Source of the DNA: Macrostomum lignano
Taxonomy: Eukaryota
Direction: 5' to 3'
DNA length: 64,000 nucleotides
Assembly: GCA_002269645.1 (NCBI GenBank)
Contig: NIVC01001370.1
Span: 186,001 to 250,000, forward strand
Shown: positions 55,301-64,000 of the stretch, in pieces
How positions within the stretch are numbered: the first letter of the stretch is position 1
How the letters are laid out: each line of letters opens with the position of its first letter
The notes under the pieces: model-generated
What the model was told of the DNA's origin: nothing
The model's database searches: none
The model's input: only the letters and a program-made list of their open reading frames with translations
Position numbers and translations under genes: made by a program

Positions 55301-57680
55301 GCTACCCTCTCCAAAGGAATTGGCGCTACCCTCTCCAAAAGAACTGGCGCTACCCTCTCCAAAGGAATTGGCGCTACCCTCTCCAAAGGAATTGGCGCTA
55401 CCCTCTCCAAAGGAATTAGCGCTATCCTCTTCAAAGGAATTGGCGCTACCCTCTCCAAAAGAATTGGCGCTACCCTCTCCAAAAGAATTGGCGCTACCCT
55501 CTCCAAAGGAATTGGCGCTACCCTCTCCAAAAGAATTGGCGCTACCCTCTCCAAAGGAATTGGCGCTACCCTCTCCAAAGGAATTGGCGCTACCCTCTCC
55601 AAAAGAATTGGCGCTACCCTCTCCAAAAGAACTGGCGCTACCCTCTCCAAAGGAATTGGCGCTACCCTCTCCAAAAGAACTGGCGCTACCCTCTCCAAAG
55701 GAATTGGCGCTACCCTCTCCAAAGGAATTGGCGCTACCCTCTCCAAAGGAATTGGCGCTACCCTCTCCAAAAGAATTGGCGCTACCCTCTCCAAAGGAAT
55801 TGGCGCTACCCTCTCCAAAGGAATTGGCGCTACCCTCTCCAAAAGAATTGGCGCTACCCTCTCCAAAAGAATTGGCGCTACCCTCTCCAAAGGAATTGGC
55901 GCTACCCTCTCCAAAGGAATTGGCGCTACCCTCTCCAAAAGAACTGGCGCTACCCTCTCCAAAGGAATTGGCGCTACCCTCTCCAAAGGAATTGGCGCTA
56001 CCCTCTCCAAAGGAATTGGCGCTACCCTCTCCAAAGGAATTTGCGCTACCCTCTCCAAAGGAATTGGCGCTACCCTCTCCAAAGGAATTGGCGCTACCCT
56101 CTCCAAAGGAATTGGCGCTACCCTCTCCAAAGGAATTGGCGCTACCCTCTCCAAAGGAATTGGCGCTACCCTCTCCAAAAGAACTAGCGCTACCCTCTCC
56201 AAAGGAATTGGCGCTACCCTCTTCAAAGGAATTGGCGCTACCCTCTCCAAAGGAATTGGCGCTACCCTCTCCAAAGGAATTAGCGCTACCCTCTTCAAAG
56301 GAATTGGCGCTACCCTCTCCAAAAGAATTGGCGCTACCCTCTCCAAAAGAATTGGCGCTACCCTCTCCAAAAGAACTGGCGCTACCCTCTCCAAAGGAAT
56401 TGGCGCTACCCTCTCCAAAGGAATTGGCGCTACCCTCTCCAAAAGAACTGGCGCTACCCTCTCCAAAGGAATTGGCGCTACCCTCTCCAAAGGAATTGGC
56501 GCTACCCTCTCCAAAGGAATTGGCGCTACCCTCTCCAAAGGAATTGGCGCTACCCTCTCCAAAGGAATTGGCGCTACCCTCTCCAAAGGAATTGGCGCTA
56601 CCCTCTCCAAAGGAATTGGCGCTACCCTCTCCAAAGGAATTGGCGCTACCCTCTCCAAAGGAATTGGCGCTACCCTCTCCAAAGGAATTGGCGCTACCCT
56701 CTCCAAAGGAATTGGCGCTACCCTCTCCAAAAGAATTGGCGCTACCCTCTCCAAAAGAATTGGCGCTACCCTCTCCAAAGGAATTGGCGCTACCCTCTCC
56801 AAAGGAATTAGCGCTACCCTCTTCAAAGGAATTGGCGCTACCCTCTCCAAAAGAATTGGCGCTACCCTCTCCAAAAGAATTGGCGCTACCCTCTCCAAAG
56901 GAATTGGCGCTACCCTCTCCAAAAGAATTGGCGCTACCCTCTCCAAAGGAATTGGCGCTACCCTCTCCAAAGGAATTGGCGCTACCCTCTCCAAAAGAAT
57001 TGGCGCTACCCTCTCCAAAAGAACTGGCGCTACCCTCTCCAAAGGAATTGGCGCTACCCTCTCCAAAAGAACTGGCGCTACCCTCTCCAAAGGAATTGGC
57101 GCTACCCTCTCCAAAAGAACTGGCGCTACCCTCTCCAAAAGAATTGGCGCTACCCTCTCCAAAAGAACTGGCGCTACCCTCTCCAAAGGAATTGGCGCTA
57201 CCCTCTCCAAAAGAATTGGCGCTACCCTCTCCAAAAGAACTGGCGCTACCCTCTCCAAAGGAATTGGCGCTACCCTCTCCAAAAGAACTGGTGCTACCCT
57301 CTCCAAAGGAATTGGCGCTACCCTCTCCAAAGGAATTGGCGCTACCCTCTCCAAAGGAATTGGCGCTACCCTCTCCAAAGGAATTGGCGCTACCCTCTCC
57401 AAAAGAACTAGCGCTACCCTCTCCAAAGGAATTGGCGCTACCCTCTCCAAAGGAATTGGCGCTACCCTCTCTAAAGGAATTGGCGCTACCCTCTCCAAAA
57501 GAATTGGCGCTACCCTCTCCAAAAGAACTGGCGCTACCCTCTCCAAAAGAATTGGCGCTACCCTCTCCAAAAGAATTGGCGCTACCCTCTCCAAAAGAAC
57601 TGGCGCTACCCTCTCCAAAGGAATTGGCGCTACCCTCTCCAAAAGAACTGGCGCTACCCTCTCCAAAGGAATTGGCGCTG
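52378..57680. repeat. 24-bp satellite, ~220 copies (5.3 kb), with higher-order structure
   Basis: ttggcgctaccctctccaaaggaa; stop-free in three frames. Confidence 0.98.
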
Positions 57681-58355
57681 TCCCTCGGACTTTTTAACTC
57701 GCTTTCGCACCTGAGCCAAAAATATTGATAAGAAATGTTTTGCGTGTTCAAAACCGTGCTCTTGAATTCTAATCAGAAAAGGTTTTATGCAGCTTGGCCT
57801 GCCCTTGCCCTTCCTGCGTTCACGCGAAGATATTACGGCCGCTTCTTCCATGCAGTTTTATATATAGCTTGAAAATGAAAAGTAGCCACCCTGCCAAGCG
57901 TCCAGGGACCGCGCCCATTCCTAGGGTTTAGATATTTGTTCAATTCAGATTTCGTTAAAACAAAAGCAAACATAGCGAATCACTTAGCAACTAAGGGTAA
58001 AACACAGTTTTCCACTCTAAAATCTTGTCTATATGGTCTCCATTGTTCTTTGCAGATTCTTGAAGTCCAGTGAGAGCCGGCCACCGTTGCCAAAACGCTA
58101 TCATGTAGGTCTTAATATTCATTGTATGTCGAATATAAAATGTGTTGACTAATTGTAGACATTCCATCGATCTCAGCAACTTCATAATACAACTAAATCA
58201 AGTGAGCAGTGTGTGAGCAGATTAATGCGCGGTGGGTCACAGGATTCACATGCCAGTGTTTTTTCAATATTTGGTTTTAGGCGTAAATTTTTGAGAAATG
58301 GAAGTTTGAGCTGGACCACCTGGTCGTTTGGGTGTGGATGAAGTGTCTGCGCACG

Positions 58356-61300
58356 CTATTCATATGTCAGCAGCGTGCTAGACTGGGCGAATAGGAGTTG
58401 GAGACTCGGTGAAATGCGATAATTGACGGGCGCATACAGTGAGAATTAGTGATAGGTGAGAATCGGGAATAGGCATGAGAGTTGGCGAAAGATTAGAATC
58501 GCGCAAGGTAAGAATGGGGTCCATGAGAATTGCCCACCGAGATTTGCCCGCCGAGATTTGCCCGCCGAGATTTGCCCGCCGAGATTTGCCCGCCGAGATT
58601 TGCCCGCAGTACATTTTGCCCGCGAGTGAACTCTGTCTGCATGCCCCCCCCCCCAAAAAATATGCATTTGATATGCAGTTACTATCAAAACGTTTGATCG
58701 GGTAAATCTATTTATTAAGACTTACTAAGCTTTGGGGAGGCAGTGCAGACAAAATCAGCCGCGTAGCCAAAATTCGCTGCAGGAAAAAAGCATTGCGGGC
58801 AAATCTCGGCGGGCAATTCATCTGTGCGCATTTCTCGTGCTCCCGTAAGAATGGGCACAAGATGAGAATCGGCGAAAGGTGAGAATCAGGAATAAGTGAT
58901 AGTGCAGGGAATAGGTCGGCGAAGGATAAGAAAAGGCAAAAGGTGAGAATCGCGCAAGGTGGGAGCCGGCGAAAGATGAGAATCGGCGAATGATAAAAAT
59001 CGGTAAAATATGAGATTCGCGCAAGGTAAGATTGGGCACAAGATGAGAATCGCACAAGGTAAGACTGGGCACAAGATGAGAATCGCGCAAGGTAAGATTG
59101 GGCACAAGATGAGAATCGCACAAGGTAAGATTGGGCACAAGATGAGAATCGCGCAAGGTAATATTGGGCAAAAGATGAGAATCGCGCAAGGTAAGATTGG
59201 GCACAAGATGAGAATCGCACAAGGTAAGATTGGGCACAAGATGAGAATCGCACAAGGTAAGATTGGGCACAAGATGAGAATCGCACAAGGTAAGATTGGG
59301 CACAAGATGAGAATCGCACAAGGTAATATTGGGCAAAAGATGAGAATCGCACAAGGTAAGATTGGGCACAAGATGAGAATCGCACAAGGTAAGATTGGGC
59401 ACAAGATGAGAATCGCACAAGGTAAGATTGGGCACAAGATGAGAATCGCGCAAGGTAATATTGGGCAAAAGATGAGAATCGCGCAAGGTAAGATTGGGCA
59501 CAAGATGAGAATCGCACAAGGTAAGATTGGGCACAAGATGAGAATCGCGCAAGGTAAGATTGGGCACAAGATGAGAATCGCACAAGGTAAGATTGGGCAC
59601 AAGATGAGAATCGCGCAAGGTAAGATTGGGCAAAGATGAGAATCAGCGATACGGTGAGAATCGATGAAATGGACAACGGCGAGAATCGCGAGCAGAAAAT
59701 GAGCAGCAGGAGAAGCCGTCTGCATTCCAGGACTCACCCAGCCGCCGGCTCTGACAACCCAGGCCGATGCGGTTTTGCGGAAATAATCCAGCGACCAGTT
59801 GTAGACCTGGCAGAATGCCAAGCGGTCTGAGCACTCGGCCGCCGTCAGAGCCAGCTCTGTGCAGAACAGCAGAATGCTGCAGCACTGGCCTCGGATGTCG
59901 CCACGCCTGTGCTGCCTAGCGATCGCTTTGAGCTGATTCTCAAACTGTGGGCGGCTCATGCTGTGCAGATTCACCTGAGGCGGGATTGGAGCAGATGGGA
60001 TTGCTATCTCATTCTATCGAGGTCAAATAAGGACGGGGGGGGGGCATCCCAAGCCGGAAAAATCACAACTCCGAAGAGCGCTTTCTTATCATAACTCTGA
60101 AAGTTCTAGCAACGCCCAACGCTATTTTGGTTTTCGGAGTTGTGCTATTTCGGGTTTGTGATATTTCAGGTTTATGATAGTTCGGGTTTGTGATGGGAAG
60201 TGATTTCGGAGTTGTGATTTTTCGGTTCATGATGGCGACCCCCACTATAGAACTATTCGAGAATCTGTTGAGGTCTATAAGAAAGACTATTCGAGAAGCT
60301 GTTGAGGTCAAATAAGAACTATTTGAGAAGCTGTTGAGGTCAAATAAAGACTATTCGAGATGCTGTTGAGGTCAAATAAAAACTATTCGAGATGCTGTTG
60401 AGGTCAAATATAGACTATTCGAGATGCTGTTGAGGTCAAATATAGACTATTCGAGATGCTGTTGAGGTCAAATAAGAACTATTCGAGATGCTGTTGAGGT
60501 CAAATAAGAACTATTCGAGATGCTGTTGAGGTCAAATCAGAACTATTCGAGATGCTGTTGAGGTCAAATAAGGGCACAATTTGAATAGTTGTCAAAATCA
60601 TCTGAAGAATATACTCGTATAGTCAGTATTTGCTGACTATCTCGCTACTGCCAAAAATTTCAGCGCACTTTAATACGGTATAAATAACCGTGAATCGAAT
60701 GTTAATATTAATACTTATCTACCGCCCAAAAGCCAGGCGGTGAGCTAAAAATATCGACAAATGTTTATGAACATCTTAATTGCCAACGGACTGAAAGTCA
60801 CCTGTCGGACAGACAAATTTAAACTTTAAATTCTATTATAGAAGTTATAGAATAATAGCAATTATCGATTCGAGTTAAGAATAATTGGATTCTCTGTTTT
60901 ACATCTATAAATTGTAGAAATACGGCTGGAGTAACTATACATGTGCAATTAGTATAAAATACCTCGTCATCTAGTTAGACTGACTTAGACCCTAGCGGCT
61001 CACCTCAACTCCCTTTCCTTCAAGTTAAGGGCCCCCAAACCGGGGATTGAAAGAATCGGGGGCGCCGAGATGACCTCAAACTGACCTTGACCTCAACCTT
61101 GTCCGCTCGGGGCCAGTGGGCGGCGCCACAACAAGCATAAGCTGTGTTTGCAGATTGAATTTATTATTAATATCGTCTGACATCTTTGGCATAATTCCAT
61201 GCAGTCTAATGCTCTATAGCCTCTAAGTGTAATTGCCTACTTGCACGTTGGACTGAGTATTTTCTGACGAAATGGTATGCTGTCCAATGCTGATATGTAT

Positions 61301-62501
61301 TAATACATGCATTGTCTGTCCCTAACTCCTGCCTCTAGACCTGGCCAAGGTCAGCCAATTTTCATAGTTCTTACCTCCCTATATCCTTATCTCCTCTCTC
61401 CTTATCTCCCCTCCCTCCTTATCTCCTCTCTCTCCTTATCTCCTCTCTCTCCTTATCTCTCCTCTCTCCTTATCTCCCCTCTCATTATCTCCCCTCTCTC
61501 CTTATCTCTCCTCTCTCCTTATCTCCCCTCTCCTTATCTCCCCTCATTATCTCCCCTCTCTCCTTATCTCCTCTCTCCTTATCTCCCCTCTCATTATCTC
61601 CCCTCTCTCCTTATCTCTCCTCTCTCCTTATCTCTCCTCTCTCCTTATCTACCCTCTCTGCCTCGCCCACTGGCTCTGTCTCCTTCACTTTTCTTCTCTT
61701 AATCTATCTATCTAATTATTCTTTCTGCGTTTTCAAATTATAATTGAATCCACAATCATACAAAATCACAAAGAATAAAAAACTAGTTGTAACTCACTCA
61801 TAACTACGAGCGTACACTGATTAAACTCACCTGTCTAACCCTCCGAATAACCGCGAATCCGTGCCGAGTAGAGCGCAGCTCAGCCGTCACAGCGAACAAG
61901 GTCGCCGCAGCTGCTAGGCACTTTTGACATCGTTCGGCTACGGCCGGACTGCTCTCACTGAAAGCGAATTTTGTCGTGGTAAACGGAATGAGTAAACGGA
62001 ATGAGTAATAATATGTGCGTGTAAATGGTCAGAAGCTTCGTCATCTAATTAGTAAACTCACACTCTGCCGCCACTGTTTTCGAGCACTTCGACCATCTGA
62101 GCGGCCTGCTCAGTGCTGAGTCTGGGCCCCTCCAGCGCCAATCGGAAGCACTGTCGAACAATGAGCTGCGAATCCTGCTCAATGTTGTGCACCCGTCGAG
62201 TACTACTAGCCCGAGGGAAGTAGGGCCCCGAGTCGGCGTCGACCGTACCATCCGCTGCTACATCGCCGCCACTAATCATCGACTCGTGGGGAATCTCTAA
62301 CGCCAAATCGAAGGTCACGATACTGCTGCTTGTGGACGCGGAGTTCCGACTGCGAGACCGGCGCCTGGCTAGGAGGCCACTGCCAGCGGCTGCCAGATTA
62401 AGACTGCCAGATCGCGTCTTCATGATGGAGCGTCCAGCTGCTGTTGCTGCCGCTGTCGACGAACTGGACGGTGCTGATGGCGATGCTGGTGTAGATGACA
62501 T
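58356..62501 (-). CDS. ~276-aa protein with Ser-rich N-terminus and possible PTB/PH-fold domain. Exons 62501-62062, 61957-61831, 59974-59738 and probable terminal exon 58382-58356
   Basis: Strong GTGAGT donors and TTTCAG/CCTCAG/CGCCCAG acceptors join in phase (2,0,0); the 127-bp exon 2 is absent from the ORF track. FRLALEG, VTAELRSTRHGFAVI and ILLFCTE...LAFCQVY loosely follow PTB strand order. The last exon is tentative. Confidence 0.6.
58540..58610. repeat. 14-bp short tandem repeat
   Basis: gatttgcccgccga, about 5 copies. Confidence 0.85.
58860..59690. repeat. 33-bp intronic minisatellite (core GAGAATCGC) with decayed edges
   Basis: gagaatcgcacaaggtaagattgggcacaagat, ~19 copies at 59010-59640. 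Confidence 0.93.
60250..60570. repeat. 32-bp intronic repeat carrying TGAGGTCA
   Basis: gaactattcgagatgctgttgaggtcaaataa, ~10 copies. Confidence 0.9.
61370..61660. repeat. CT-rich intronic low-complexity repeat
   Basis: ctccttatctcctctct units. Confidence 0.88.
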
Positions 62502-63389
62502 TTCCTCTGCAATAAGCCGAAATCAAAGCATATACCGCTAAGAAACTACGGCGGGGTGGAGGCGAGTCTTAGAAGACTTTAAGAAAGGGCCTCGGCTTAG
62601 CACTAGCAGACAGTAGGTGGGGGTTGGCTGTTTTTCAATTCAGTTTGGTTTTTCAGGCCTGTTGTTGGCGCTATATAATCGAGTCTATTTTTAGCTCAGC
62701 CCCAACTGACCAATAGGAGGAGAGTAGCAGGGAAAGGGTTTTTATGACCCGCCGGTCCCAGCGAATGGGCGATCGCGCGATCCTTAATAAGGGTAAGGGT
62801 GAGGCGTGGGAAAATAGGATCGGACTTAGTCGCGCCGACCAATAAAGAAGAGAGTTATTTGCGGCGGAGCGGAACTTGGGCTGGGTATCAAAGGGAACCA
62901 ACCAACCAGCCAGTCATCAAAAAGATAGTCAAGACAGACACCGTCACCAACCCCCCTTTCAAAGGCACCACGAGACGAAGAAAAACATCAACAGGTTCAA
63001 TGCAGGACACAATATAGGAGTTTAGAGTTCAATTCTTATCGCTATATGATATTGGAGTCTGGACAGAGCTAACCCTTTGTCGAAGGAAACCGTTTGTGTG
63101 CCGCTTACATCCGGGAATTATGTATGTAAACAGAGGAGTAGAAAAATACTTGAAGCTAAAAGTTATATGGGTGGGGATGGGAAGTAAAAAGACACTTTAC
63201 TTTACTTTCGTTTCAACTATCGTGCATCAGGTCAAGTTTATTTTTCTAGGTTTAAAAACCCTTTGTTAAGTCGATGTGTTATCGTATATGAATGTAAAAC
63301 AGACAAGATACTATCGTAGATCATATATTAGATAAGATTAAAAAATCGAAAGCTCGCATAGCCCAGAGCCATTTTTCTCTATTTAGACA

Positions 63390-63800
63390 AGAGGGAGAGG
63401 GAGAGTGGGAGAGAGGAAGAGTGGGAGAGTGCAGGAGAGGGAGAGTAGGAGAGAAGTCAGAGAGAGGGAGAGAGGGAGAGAGGGAGAGTGGGAGAGAGGA
63501 AGAGTGGGAGAGTGGGAGAGGGAGAGTAGGAGAGAAGTCAGAGAGAGGGAGAGAGGGAGAGAGGGAGAGTGGGAAAGAGGGAGAGTGAGAGAGAGGGAGA
63601 GTGGGAGAGGGAGAGTAGGAGAGAAGTCAGAGAGAGGGAGAGAGGGAGAGAGGGAGAGTGGGAGAGAGGAAGAGTGGGAGAGTGGGAGAGTGGGAAAGTG
63701 GGAGAGTGGGAGAGGGAGAGTGGGAGAGGGAGAGTGGGAGAGGGAGAGTGGGAGAGGGAGAGTGGGAGAGGGAGAGTGGGAGAGTGGGAAAGGGAGAATG
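63390..63800. repeat. GA-rich low-complexity repeat
   Basis: gagagggagagtgg units. Confidence 0.9.
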
Positions 63801-64000
63801 GGACGTCAACTTTTTATGAATACAAACTCCAGAGAAATCAAAGGTATATATATAGGATAAAAATGGTATTCCTCAGAGGCCACCGCAAACAAGGACAACT
63901 GAAGTATTGAATATACACAGTGTACGTTGCTCTAGTTGTCATTTCCGCGGAACAGGGGGCAGAGTGGGCACTGTCCTCCCCCCTGACACTTGGAGTTTGG

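Noticed and set aside
57654-58185. Short ORFs and an exon-like + strand segment at 58050-58105
   Set aside because: No recognisable homology and no partner exons; cannot be supported.
59010-59640. Repeated perfect donor-like CAAG|GTAAGA in each unit
   Set aside because: On the strand opposite to the host gene, with no + strand exon evidence.

Overview
Eukaryotic (animal) genomic DNA with spliced genes. GC-rich exons with poly-Ala/Gln/Ser runs, AT-rich spacers and minisatellite-stuffed introns suggest a free-living flatworm such as Macrostomum; this is inferred from sequence style only. Eight protein-coding genes were reconstructed by hand from GT-AG junctions and phase continuity. On the + strand is the 3' part of a BMAL1/CYCLE-type bHLH-PAS gene. 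On the - strand are PPP6R (SAPS), TYW5, a 4-TM protein with PY motifs, MsrB, a ~1120-aa 2OG-Fe(II)-oxygenase-like protein lacking its metal ligands, DCAF17 and a PTB-like protein. Roughly half the window is tandem repeat (about 35 arrays), and most long ORFs in the supplied track are artefacts of these. Main leads: (1) the conserved DCAF17 N-terminus has no in-frame ATG and begins at a phase-0 3' splice site, as expected if a trans-spliced leader donates the AUG; (2) six unrelated genes lie head-to-tail on one strand, a candidate polycistron; (3) a sharply bounded 5.4-kb block is almost devoid of CpG and looks like a deamination-scarred relic; (4) a large putative pseudo-oxygenase; (5) dispersed minisatellite families with shared cores, including an array of 11 perfect CRE sites. 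Family assignments come from remembered motifs, not database searches.
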